From Candidatus Poribacteria bacterium (lineage in GTDB: Bacteria; Poribacteria; WGA-4E; PCPOR2b): a stretch of 64,000 nt of DNA. The notes under the pieces were generated by a model, which saw nothing but the letters and a program-made list of their open reading frames with translations, was not told the origin of the DNA and searched no databases. Shown here piece after piece: positions 38,541 to 48,312 of the stretch; position 1 is the stretch's first letter, and each line of letters starts with the position of its first letter. A program made the translations under genes and the position numbers. Location: positions 736,001 to 800,000 of the forward strand of contig OZ242351.1 of assembly GCA_965208675.1 (NCBI GenBank). The letters run 5' to 3'.

Positions 38541-39557
38541 TTAACGGAACGGCATGGCGTAAAGCAGCCCACCTCGTGTCCACGGTTCGTTGACCCCGCG
38601 GGGCAAGCCAAGCGGTGTGAGATTGCGTTCAAAGATTTCGCCATAGTTGCCAACAGCATTGATTACTTGATGTGCCCAATCCCGTGATACACCGAGTTGT
38701 TTGCCTGTATCGCCGGATTTACCTAAAAATCGTTTAATCTCAGGGTTCCCGGTTTCAAAAGTGTTTAAATTGGCTTGTGTGATTCCGTGTTCTTCGGCGA
38801 AGAAGGTCGCATAAACCACCCAACTTACCACATCGTTCCACTTGTTATCACCGTGAACGGTGACGGGCCCCAACGGTTCTTTTGAGATTGTCGCATCAAG
38901 GATAACGTGCGCCTCCGGGTCCTTGAGAACTTGGCGGCGTGCTACTAATTGCGACTTATCAGAGGTCACGACGTCACAGCGTCCCTGTTCATAACTGTTG
39001 TAAAGGGTATCAATTTCTTCAAAGACGACTGGATTAAAGTCGATGCCTAAGGCTCGCATCGTATCCGTCAAATTTAGTTCGGTGGTGCTACCCGCAGTTA
39101 CACCGATACTCGCGCCTGCCAATTCCTCTAATGAGGTAATATTTAGAGCTTTGGGGAGCATAAATCCCTGCCCGTCATAGAAGGTTGGCGGTGCAAAGTC
39201 TGCGCCGACTTGGGTGTCACGGGTGAGCGTCCACGTGGTGTTGCGGATTAAGACATCTATCTCGCCTGTTTGTAGCGCCGGGAAACGTTCAGGTGCTTTC
39301 AAGGGGACGAATTCAACTTTGTCCGGATTACCGAGGACAGCGGCAGCGATCGCCCTACCATAGTCTGCATCGAAACCGCTCCACTTTCCATCTTCACTTA
39401 AGAAACTGAAGCCGGATAACCCCCCGTGGACCCCGCATATCAGTTTTCCTCTCTTTTTAACTCTGTCAAGAATACTCTCCTCACCTTGAGCGAGTCCTGG
39501 AACTACCAAGGTAATCGCTAAAACCAATGTAAAAACGCGACACAAAAATTTACGCAC
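38541..39557 (-). CDS. Amino acid ABC transporter substrate-binding protein (AapJ/BztA-like)
   Basis: Signal peptide, then RNTTWTLTRD, FYDGQGF, ISKEPLGP and VGNYGEIFERN. Confidence 0.95.
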   Translation of the reverse strand: MRKFLCRVFTLVLAITLVVPGLAQGEESILDRVKKRGKLICGVHGGLSGFSFLSEDGKWSGFDADYGRAIAAAVLGNPDKVEFVPLKAPERFPALQTGEIDVLIRNTTWTLTRDTQVGADFAPPTFYDGQGFMLPKALNITSLEELAGASIGVTAGSTTELNLTDTMRALGIDFNPVVFEEIDTLYNSYEQGRCDVVTSDKSQLVARRQVLKDPEAHVILDATISKEPLGPVTVHGDNKWNDVVSWVVYATFFAEEHGITQANLNTFETGNPEIKRFLGKSGDTGKQLGVSRDWAHQVINAVGNYGEIFERNLTPLGLPRGVNEPWTRGGLLYAMPFR

Positions 39558-39922
39558 AGAAATCCCTTCCTTTTTCGGTATGCCCCCTATTGTAGAGGTC
39601 GTTTAGCTGAAATACCTTGATTTAAGGTCTATTATCATTCCTAACAACTCAAAGTTTCTCCTTTGCTCCGTTGTAAGATTGTTTGTTACGCTCTAATACA
39701 ACACAACGCCAAAGAATTCGCACACAAAGATAACGATGACGACAAGGTGCATTGCCCTTCTCAACAAGATTGTTACAGTATTCCTTTCTCGTTTTAACCT
39801 AAATCGTTCTCGGATATGGAAACAATGTACTACTATAGCATATCGATTTTTATTGTGCCATAAAAACTTCTCCCGTGACGTACGATTGCAAATAGTAGAT
39901 TAATCCGATCAAGTTTCTACAT

Positions 39923-40332
39923 CAGCCAATCCATTAAGGCAACTTAACTGGCGGCGACTCAAGGAATTAATGGTCAAAGTTATTGACGCCAATGTCCGTG
40001 ATAATCAGATAGGCATCGAGTTACTAACGGAAGTGTTTAACCGGTACGTAACCATTCTGATGGTGTGTGCCGATGCTGCCTATCGCAAAGAATCGCAAGA
40101 CTGGTTATATTTTGCTCACCAATGTCAATTGGGGATTGCATCTACACTAGGACAGCAGAGGTTTGAAGTTTTCCTGTCACGATGGATAGTTGATCGCACA
40201 TTTTTTTGGCTTGGTTGATGTTGTCGATTGACTTTGGATTATGAACGATATCCTAACACTGCTGAGACTATGGTATACATCGCTTCCATTTACTTGATGC
40301 AAAATCGAATTAAATGATGTTCAAAAAGGCTC
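39923..40332 (+). pseudogene. Degenerate 3' fragment of the IS5-family element found intact at 48313
   Basis: Closely matches about 48724-49199, with an internal deletion, a TGG>TGA stop at 40216 and a decayed right TIR (TTCAAAAAGGCTC). Confidence 0.9.
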
Positions 40333-40385
40333 TTAAAGATTCAATTTTCGATTTGTTTAGCGAGATTGTATCCTTCCGGTCGCTC

Positions 40386-42377
40386 CTATTCTGAATCGAC
40401 CATTATCGACAACTCCTCCAACTGTTCGTCAGAGACTTCGGACGGTGCTCCGGTGAGTAAGCATAATCCTTTTTGCGTTTTTGGAAACGCGATGACTTCG
40501 CGAATATTCTCCTCGCCGGTCATTAGCATAATTATGCGGTCCAGACCGGGTGCAATTCCAGCGTGCGGCGGTGTGCCGTGTTGCAGGGCTTTTATGAAAT
40601 AACCGAATCGCCTTTCAACTTCTTCGGGACTAACGCTCAAAAGATCCAACACCTTCTGTTGAATGTCCCAACGATGAATTCGGACACTGCCGCTGCAAAT
40701 CTCGATGCCGTTGATGACGAGGTCGTAGTGTTGGGACCGGGCAGCACTAGGATCGGTATCCAAAAGAGGAACACTCTCGTCAGTGGGCGCTGTGAAGAGA
40801 TGGTGGAAGGGTTCGTAACGCCGTTCGTCGTCGTTCCATTCGAACAGCGGATAATCGACAATCCAGAGGAAGTTGAAACGACTCTCATCAATGAGACCGA
40901 GCTGCTTGCCGAGAAGAAGACGAAGGTTTGATAGCGCGTCTGCAACTACCCTTGGTTGGTCAGCGACGAACATCATTATGTCTCCCGGCTTCGCTCCCAT
41001 CCGCGCCGCTACCGCAGTGAGGGTGTGTTCGCTGAAAAACTTTACGATGCCGGACTCGAATCCGTTCTCGGTTACCTTTATCCACGCCAATCCTCTCGCT
41101 TTATAGATGGCGACGAAATCGGTTAAGTTTTCAATCTCTTTCCTAGAAAACGCGGCTCCACCGCAAACGGCGATGCCTTTTACCTGTCCATTTCGTTCCA
41201 AGGCGCCCTTAAACACCTTGAAGTCACAGTCGGCGACGAGGTCGGAAACTTCGGCGAGTTCCATCCCGAAGCGGGTATCCGGTTTATCGGTGCCGAACCG
41301 CGTCATTGCGTCGTCGTAAGCGAGGCGTGTAAACGGAATTTCCACGGATATGCCCGAGGCTTCCTCAAAAATCCGCTTCATCAAGCCTTCAGTGACTTCA
41401 AGGACATCGTCAACGGTCGCAAAGGACATCTCAAAATCGAGTTGTGTGAACTCAAGCTGGCGATCAGCGCGAGTGTCTTCATCCCGGAAGCAGCGGGGAA
41501 TCTGGAAGTAGCGATCTACGCCGCTCATCATGAGAATCTGCTTGAACTGTTGCGGCGATTGTGGAAGCGCATAGAAGTTGCCCGCGTTAAGACGGCTTGG
41601 CACCAGCACATCCCGCGCACCTTCAGGTGTACTATTCATCAGGATTGGGGTTTCGATTTCAAGAAATCCCTGTTCGTCCATGTACTTCCGGGCAGCAAGC
41701 ATAGCCTTGTGCCGGATGGCTAAAGATTTCTGCATCTTGGGACGGCGGAGATCGATGTATCGGTATGTCATGCGAATCTCTTCGTCGGTGTCGATGTCGT
41801 CCTCAACCAGAAACGGCGGCGTTTTGGCAACGTTTAAAATATCCAATTTTTGTGTTGCGACCTCAATCTCGCCCGTTGGGAGGTTGAGGTTTATTGTGCC
41901 CAAGTAAACGCTGACTTCGGTTGCAGTCATCTTTATAACGTAGGTTCGTTTACCTGCCCTGTCAGTAATCAGCCACTTGTCTACTTCGCCTCGGTTCACT
42001 ATCTCAACATTCTGGGATAGTGGGTGCCCGTTTGTCTTGAAAGCACCTCGAAATTCGTCTGAAAAATGCAAAGCCGCCAAATCGGTTTCATGTTCTAATC
42101 CGAGGTTGAATAATAGGTCGCCCTCTATCCGCTCTCGAACTGTGCCGCTCACGGCCAACACAAACTCGCCGCGAATTTGGTTTGCAACTTTATGGGCTTC
42201 AGCATCAATCTTGGGATCGAATACGACTTGTGTAATTCCCGTCCGATCCCGTAAGTCTGCGAAAATCACGCCGCCGTGGTCTCGACGGCGAGCAACCCAG
42301 CCAGTTAACTGCGCCGATTTACCGGCATCGGCGAGCCGCAACTCTCCACAATAGTGCGTCCTTTTCATTTCAGGCAT
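40386..42377 (-). CDS. aspS: Aspartate--tRNA ligase (probably non-discriminating) with an insertion in the OB domain
   Basis: Motifs RTHYCG, RRDHGG, YRYIDLRR, ALPQSPQ, CFRDED and GIAPGLDR. Confidence 0.97.
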   Translation of the reverse strand: MPEMKRTHYCGELRLADAGKSAQLTGWVARRRDHGGVIFADLRDRTGITQVVFDPKIDAEAHKVANQIRGEFVLAVSGTVRERIEGDLLFNLGLEHETDLAALHFSDEFRGAFKTNGHPLSQNVEIVNRGEVDKWLITDRAGKRTYVIKMTATEVSVYLGTINLNLPTGEIEVATQKLDILNVAKTPPFLVEDDIDTDEEIRMTYRYIDLRRPKMQKSLAIRHKAMLAARKYMDEQGFLEIETPILMNSTPEGARDVLVPSRLNAGNFYALPQSPQQFKQILMMSGVDRYFQIPRCFRDEDTRADRQLEFTQLDFEMSFATVDDVLEVTEGLMKRIFEEASGISVEIPFTRLAYDDAMTRFGTDKPDTRFGMELAEVSDLVADCDFKVFKGALERNGQVKGIAVCGGAAFSRKEIENLTDFVAIYKARGLAWIKVTENGFESGIVKFFSEHTLTAVAARMGAKPGDIMMFVADQPRVVADALSNLRLLLGKQLGLIDESRFNFLWIVDYPLFEWNDDERRYEPFHHLFTAPTDESVPLLDTDPSAARSQHYDLVINGIEICSGSVRIHRWDIQQKVLDLLSVSPEEVERRFGYFIKALQHGTPPHAGIAPGLDRIIMLMTGEENIREVIAFPKTQKGLCLLTGAPSEVSDEQLEELSIMVDSE

Positions 42378-42487
42378 TGTGTATATGTTTTCTTCCTTAT
42401 ATTTGTGATATATTTATCATTGACAAACTTTGAACATCGTGAAAATTCTGTCAGTCTGACCTGTACCAAATTTTAATTAAGAGAACC

Positions 42488-43747
42488 TCACTGCGATGAT
42501 TTTTTCAGTGCCTTTCCCAACCTATCAAATTCAACCGCCCGCTGATTTCCACTTTCCATATCTCGAACCGTGGCCGCCCCATTCTTAATCTCATTTTCCC
42601 CAATAATCACGACATATTTCACTCCGAGCTTGTTTGCTGTTTTCATCTGTGCCTTCAAACTGCGTCCTTTGTATTCAAGGTCAGTTCTGATTTGGCTATC
42701 GCGGAGTTTTTCCGCCAATTGGAAGGCGATTGGCATTGCTTCTTCACCGAGTACGGCCATGTAAACGTCAATTGGCGGCTGCGGCGAAATCTCGATTTTT
42801 TGTGCTTCCAAGGCAAGCATTATGCGATCTACGCCAAGCCCAAAGCCAATCCCCGGAGTCGGTTTGTTGCCCAGTTCTTCGACCAGGTAATCGTACCGCC
42901 CACCCCCGCCGATAGCGTCTTGTGCACCGAGTCCGCCCGCCGTAAATTCAAACGTCGTGCGAGAGTAGTAATCCATTCCCCTAACTAGATTCTCATTCTC
43001 CACAAAATCAATGTTCAATAACTTGAGGTAACGTTTTACATCGTCGAAATGTTCGCGGCACGAATCGCTCAGATATTCCAGCAGTTTAGGTCCCTCAGAT
43101 AGAATTTCGCGGCACCCGATTTTGCAATCAAAAAGACGCAATGGGTTGCGATCATAGCGTCTTTGGCATTCTTGGCAAAACTGATCGAGACGTGCCTCTG
43201 TGAAAGCCTTGAGATCCGACACAAATTTTGGCCGGCAAGCTCGATCGCCAATGGTATTGAGGTGCAACGTCAAATCTTTGAAACCAAGACGCGAATAAAA
43301 TTTATGGGCTAACGCGATGACTTCCGCATCAACCGCAGGTTCAGCGGCGCCGAACACTTCCACTCCAACCTGCCAATGCTCACGATAACGTCCCGCCTGC
43401 GGTCGTTCATAGCGGTACATTCGCCCATTGTAATAAAGTTTCAAGACGCTCGCGCTTTCGAGCAGCCGATTTTGAATGACAGCGCGAACAACGGGTGCTG
43501 TCCCTTCTGGCCGCAGCGTGATGCTGCGATTGCCTTTGTCGTTGAAGGTGTACATCTCTTTTTCAACGATGTCGGTAGTATCTCCCACGCCCCGGACAAA
43601 TAGATCGGTATTTTCAAAAATTGGGGTGCGAATTTCCTGATACCCGTATGTCGAAAAAACAGACCTCGCGACGTTCTCCACCCACTGCCACGTTTGAGTC
43701 TGCGAAGGAAGGATATCTCTGGTGCCCTTGGGTGATTTAATCTGCAT
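42488..43747 (-). CDS. hisS: Histidine--tRNA ligase
   Basis: Motifs LRPEGTA, YERPQAGRYR, LVRGMDYY and GGGRYD. Confidence 0.97.
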   Translation of the reverse strand: MQIKSPKGTRDILPSQTQTWQWVENVARSVFSTYGYQEIRTPIFENTDLFVRGVGDTTDIVEKEMYTFNDKGNRSITLRPEGTAPVVRAVIQNRLLESASVLKLYYNGRMYRYERPQAGRYREHWQVGVEVFGAAEPAVDAEVIALAHKFYSRLGFKDLTLHLNTIGDRACRPKFVSDLKAFTEARLDQFCQECQRRYDRNPLRLFDCKIGCREILSEGPKLLEYLSDSCREHFDDVKRYLKLLNIDFVENENLVRGMDYYSRTTFEFTAGGLGAQDAIGGGGRYDYLVEELGNKPTPGIGFGLGVDRIMLALEAQKIEISPQPPIDVYMAVLGEEAMPIAFQLAEKLRDSQIRTDLEYKGRSLKAQMKTANKLGVKYVVIIGENEIKNGAATVRDMESGNQRAVEFDRLGKALKKSSQ

Positions 43748-43753
43748 ATCTTC

Positions 43754-44905
43754 CTAATAACTCCCTAAAACTTGTTGAATCTTCCCTAACGATTCCATTG
43801 CCGCATGCCGCAATTCCTCGTTTTCGTCATTTTCAAGCGCCTTTAAGGCGTCAACGACTTCACTGTCGGAATAGATGACCTTTCCTAATGCTTTTGCTGC
43901 CCAAATCTTATCAACTTTCTCGAGTAGGGCAAGCTGCTCACCGTATTCATTGGCGGATTGGATTTCTCCATTTTCAATTTTCTTGCGGAGCCGTTTTTCG
44001 CAAAACCCCATGTGCCCTACTGCTTCCGTCACCGAAAGCCACAAGCTGTTAACCTTCTCACTCTCCAGTTCGGCGAGCAGAAATTTTTTGTAGAGGTTTA
44101 AGAAATAGTTTTCGAAAGCTAATGTCCGTTCAGCGATATTTCTCAGTTGTTTCCTGTCATCTGTATTTTCAGGGACGCAATACTCCCATGTTCTACGGCA
44201 TTTGGCATAAACGTCTTGGATAAGGTCTGTCCATTCATCGTTGATGCGTGTTCGATATTGTTTCAGACAATCGTTTTTGTCATTGACATATATATTGGCT
44301 TTGAGCGCTATAATCGCCAATGCGGATTTGCCTACACAGTTGATTATCTCCTTGGTGCCGGGGTGCATGCCGCCATCTGCAGCGCACGCCTCACGTATGT
44401 CGTAGCCGTAGAATTCCCCTTCGGGGTCGGGATAATTCAGTGGGAACACGAGAAATTCTGGTTTCTCGCGGATTCGTGAAAAGAAACGATACGGGACATG
44501 CATCAGACTACGTTGCCACCACTCAAGAGGAATCAGCACAAGTTTATCGCGTATATCTTCCCCATGCAGCAAGATGCTAGCAAACTTGAGTTCTGGGAGT
44601 CCTATACGTAATGCTTGTCCTTCGCCATAAAGGTTCAGTTCTAACTCAATTGGACTTATCAACGAACAGTATTCGCTTGTTTGTTGAGCCTTCTCATGTT
44701 CCTCACGGCTGCGGAAACTGTCCACGAACAGGATGTCCACGTCAATGTCGCTTGCGGGAACCGCAGTGCCATCGGTGTAGCTCCCCTTGAGGTAGTATCC
44801 TCGAATTCGATTGGGGAAAACCGATTCAAATATTCCAATTACACCACGTATAATATCGTCAACTCTTCGGTTGCGGACAGAATTGAGTAGCGAAACGCTG
44901 TTCAT
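43754..44905 (-). CDS. Pol-beta-like nucleotidyltransferase domain protein with C-terminal HTH-like and HEAT-like segments
   Basis: NTase motif GSYTDGTAVPASDIDVD, then WLSVTEAVGHMG...KIENGEI and a HEAT-like tail (ALKALENDENEELRHAAMESLGKI). The start is taken at ATG 44905. Confidence 0.7.
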   Translation of the reverse strand: MNSVSLLNSVRNRRVDDIIRGVIGIFESVFPNRIRGYYLKGSYTDGTAVPASDIDVDILFVDSFRSREEHEKAQQTSEYCSLISPIELELNLYGEGQALRIGLPELKFASILLHGEDIRDKLVLIPLEWWQRSLMHVPYRFFSRIREKPEFLVFPLNYPDPEGEFYGYDIREACAADGGMHPGTKEIINCVGKSALAIIALKANIYVNDKNDCLKQYRTRINDEWTDLIQDVYAKCRRTWEYCVPENTDDRKQLRNIAERTLAFENYFLNLYKKFLLAELESEKVNSLWLSVTEAVGHMGFCEKRLRKKIENGEIQSANEYGEQLALLEKVDKIWAAKALGKVIYSDSEVVDALKALENDENEELRHAAMESLGKIQQVLGSY

Positions 44906-44912
44906 TTGAAAT

Positions 44913-47900
44913 TTACGATTTCGGTTGCATCGCCGCCTGAATTTGACGCCGTTGCTCCTGAAGTTCTGGGACACTCGGGGCAAGGCGCCGCGCATCGGAA
45001 TTGGCTTTCAATGCATCGTCATACTGCTTTTGGGTGACGTATAAATTCGCCAACTCACTGTATAGCAACGGCTCATCCGACGCAAGTTGTAATGCACGCT
45101 GGTATGAATTGATCGCCTTGCGAACTTCGTTCTCATCCGTGTGAATTTTCCCTAATATATAATGCCCGCGCCACAAATTTGGGTTGACTTCCAATGTCTT
45201 CTCTGCATATTGGCGCGCTTCCGGCACCATGTTTTTAAGACGGTAGATTGATGCCATAGCCGCGAATATTTCGGCGGGAAGATTTGAATCTAACGCTTCA
45301 AGGCGTTTGTAAGTCCGCAGCGCTTGATCATTGCGTTCTTGCCGTTCATAAATAGGTCCGAGTAGGAGGTAAAAATCTAGACGATTTGGTTCAAGTTCAA
45401 TCGCAGTCTCAATGGCTTTAGCAGCCTCGTTTAATTTCCCTTGGCCTTCGTAGATGACCGCGAGTTGAATGTAACCTTCCGTATCCCGTGGATTAGTTCG
45501 CAAAGCCTTTTTCACGACCTGTTCAAGTTGCTTGAGCTCTTTTTTCTCCTCTTCGCGCACCAATCCTGATGCAACACCTAGATGGTATCGAATCACTTCG
45601 TCACGGGGATTAATTGCCAATCCGCGGTTAAAATGTCCAAATGCTTCCTCATATTCTCCCGAAACATGGGCAAGTTGGCCTTGTATGAGATTCTGAGTGG
45701 CGTCGAAGTAAAGGTCTACCTTTTTTCTCACGTCGGTTTTCTCCGCCATCGATCTGCCATAATTTTTCAGGTACGGGTTGACTCGTTCGCGGTATTTCGC
45801 CATTGCCGAGATAATGCTCTTCTTGGCTCCTTCAGACCGGCTTGCACGGATTAACCCTAAATTCGGACGGCTATCCGAATAAACTGCGCCGTATCCGGCA
45901 TAGCTTCGGAGGGCATCGTCACCCATCATAAACGAATCTAGCAACGACATACCGTTAAGGTCATCGCTTGCGAGCGCATCGCCGATATTTGTAAATTGCG
46001 TTCTGCCCATGAAGTTTTCATAATCAATCTTGAGTCGTTCAGATGTGCCAATCAAGACGACGAAATCCGGTGTGTATTTGTACCATAGTGTTGTGTGAGG
46101 AAATACTTCAAGGAATGTCCTCAAAGCCATTTTGAAATGTGCTTCGGAGATTAAATTGAGTGGTAACCGCTGGCATAAAATACCATCTTCGTTCAAAGCT
46201 CGTTTGCAGAGCCGGTAGAATTCTGTTGTGTTGGTTTGCGAATACCATGCCGCGGGAGAGGATGTGAAGGACCTCACTGAGATGATGTCGTACTTTTCGC
46301 CCGCCACTAGCAGATAGTTCCGCTCGTCATCAATCGTCAAATTGAATTGGGGGTTGCTGAGAATATGGTGATTTACATTAGCGAAATGTGCGCGCGCTTC
46401 TTCAATGACATCTTTTGAAGATTCGACTGCATTCACATAAACGCCGTGTTGCGTCATAGAGTAGGCTGTCAAGCCCATGCCGAACCCAACTACAAGTGCA
46501 CTTTTCGGCTTAGGATGTAAGAGTACTGGGAGGTGGGCGATTAGGCGCTGTGAAGTATAGCCCCATCGGGAAGTATCAGCAATCTTACGCGCACCTACAT
46601 ACAACTTATGGGCACCCTTATCATCCGTGAACACCGACACTTCAGCATCAACGCCATGTTTATGGGAAATGATTGTGCTGCCCACGCCCCGTGTGAGGAA
46701 GCCCGAATTTCTGATGAACAGAGGGTTATCGCCTGCGTATAACACAATCAGTCCGAACCCAACGGTCAGGATTACTCCACCGGCCGCTGTGCCATTAAGG
46801 ATTTGCCTGGTGCGTACGGCGTTAGCTTGTGCTGAGAAAGTCGCGGCGCAACCCATAATCGCGCTCAAGGCCGATGTCAGGACAATGCCCTGACGAACGC
46901 TAATGAACGGCACAATGATGAACCCCGCGCACAACACTCCTGCGATTGCACCAACGATGTGCAAAGCGCTGACATTGCCAATACTGCGCCCTAATCGCGC
47001 CCCGTCGTGTGGGTAGATTCGCACTGCCAAAGGAAAACACCCGCCAATCAAAATTGCCGGAACAATCATCACGCCCGTACACCCAAAAAGTGTTGCAATC
47101 CCGCCGCCGATTGGAAGTAGTTCACCCAGAATCGGTATCGCCGCGACACCGGAAATCCCGATGGCAATCTGCATCAATCCGAACAAACTAATGCGAGATT
47201 TAACGCGGTCAGTTACTCGTGCGAATAACAAATTCCCGATAGCGATGCCGAACAGTAGGACTGCTAGGAATATTGTTGTCGCCGCAAAATCGAGCGAGTG
47301 CACCAAGGCGCGCCTCCAGAGCACTGCATACGTCATCGTGCAGAATCCGGACATAGCAAATGCCCAAAAAGCTAACCGAATCGGCGCAGGCGCCTCGGTT
47401 GTGTCTGGGCGTGATCCAGCGTGCGTTGCGGTTATATGCCCCTCGTCCTTAACACTCGAAATACCACTTACCGACTGCCGATGCAACCCAAAGGCTACGG
47501 CTGCCAAAACTAAATTAATGCCTGCGCAGATATAAAGAGACGGCTGAACCCCTAAAGTTTGCAATAGGACAAATCCCACTGCGAAGCATCCGATGGCGCC
47601 GCCAAGCATCTTGATACCGTTGAGAACGCCGACGTGGAATCCAAGACCGTCCGTACTCCGCACCAAAACCTTGCACAGGACAGGCAATGTGCCTCCCATC
47701 AGAATCGACGGGACAATCAGGTAGAGAAAGGATAGAGCAAACCGGATGAACAACAGCGAATAGAACTCCCCATTAAGACTGCGATAGACTAGAACGTAGG
47801 CGGCGTTTAGCACATTCAATAGCAATGGGGAGACAAGGGCAAATACACCGATGCCTATTTCAAGAATAGCATATAACCGTAGTGGACGATCTTCACGATC

Positions 47901-48089
47901 CGCGGCGCGGCCAAAATACAATGCCCCTACTGCCAATCCCGACATCAGTGCTATCAGGACCGTGCTAACCGGCAGCGTCGTGCCGCCAAAGATCAGTGTG
48001 AGTTGGCGTACCCAGATTACTTCGTATATCAAGCCAATGGCACCGGCAAAGAGGAAGATTAGCCGCACAACCGATTTTATATTCCGCAC
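44913..48089 (-). CDS. Fused MFS-like membrane domain / spermidine synthase-like domain / TPR protein
   Basis: Motifs YEVIWVRQL..FG.T, MGGTLP, HPKPKSALVVGFGMG and T.EFY..CKRAL..DG, followed by C-terminal TPRs. Confidence 0.88.
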   Translation of the reverse strand: MRNIKSVVRLIFLFAGAIGLIYEVIWVRQLTLIFGGTTLPVSTVLIALMSGLAVGALYFGRAADREDRPLRLYAILEIGIGVFALVSPLLLNVLNAAYVLVYRSLNGEFYSLLFIRFALSFLYLIVPSILMGGTLPVLCKVLVRSTDGLGFHVGVLNGIKMLGGAIGCFAVGFVLLQTLGVQPSLYICAGINLVLAAVAFGLHRQSVSGISSVKDEGHITATHAGSRPDTTEAPAPIRLAFWAFAMSGFCTMTYAVLWRRALVHSLDFAATTIFLAVLLFGIAIGNLLFARVTDRVKSRISLFGLMQIAIGISGVAAIPILGELLPIGGGIATLFGCTGVMIVPAILIGGCFPLAVRIYPHDGARLGRSIGNVSALHIVGAIAGVLCAGFIIVPFISVRQGIVLTSALSAIMGCAATFSAQANAVRTRQILNGTAAGGVILTVGFGLIVLYAGDNPLFIRNSGFLTRGVGSTIISHKHGVDAEVSVFTDDKGAHKLYVGARKIADTSRWGYTSQRLIAHLPVLLHPKPKSALVVGFGMGLTAYSMTQHGVYVNAVESSKDVIEEARAHFANVNHHILSNPQFNLTIDDERNYLLVAGEKYDIISVRSFTSSPAAWYSQTNTTEFYRLCKRALNEDGILCQRLPLNLISEAHFKMALRTFLEVFPHTTLWYKYTPDFVVLIGTSERLKIDYENFMGRTQFTNIGDALASDDLNGMSLLDSFMMGDDALRSYAGYGAVYSDSRPNLGLIRASRSEGAKKSIISAMAKYRERVNPYLKNYGRSMAEKTDVRKKVDLYFDATQNLIQGQLAHVSGEYEEAFGHFNRGLAINPRDEVIRYHLGVASGLVREEEKKELKQLEQVVKKALRTNPRDTEGYIQLAVIYEGQGKLNEAAKAIETAIELEPNRLDFYLLLGPIYERQERNDQALRTYKRLEALDSNLPAEIFAAMASIYRLKNMVPEARQYAEKTLEVNPNLWRGHYILGKIHTDENEVRKAINSYQRALQLASDEPLLYSELANLYVTQKQYDDALKANSDARRLAPSVPELQEQRRQIQAAMQPKS

Positions 48090-48312
48090 AGTTCTCTTAC
48101 CTAAACACCATCTTCAAATATTCGCGAGTTCGCATACCTTGGAAGAGTTCGCCGCTCCAAAACTCATTATATCACATACATCCCGGCGTTGTGTACATCA
48201 AAATGGGCATGTGTAGGGCACACGAACAATGCAACTACTCAATTGGAAATTCTCCTATCAAAATTTCACTGAAGCGGAAAATTTTTCTGGTACAAGGAGC
48301 TTTTTTCACTAA

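Noticed and set aside
41898-42119. Intein in AspRS
   Set aside because: It is too short and lacks the splice-junction residues.
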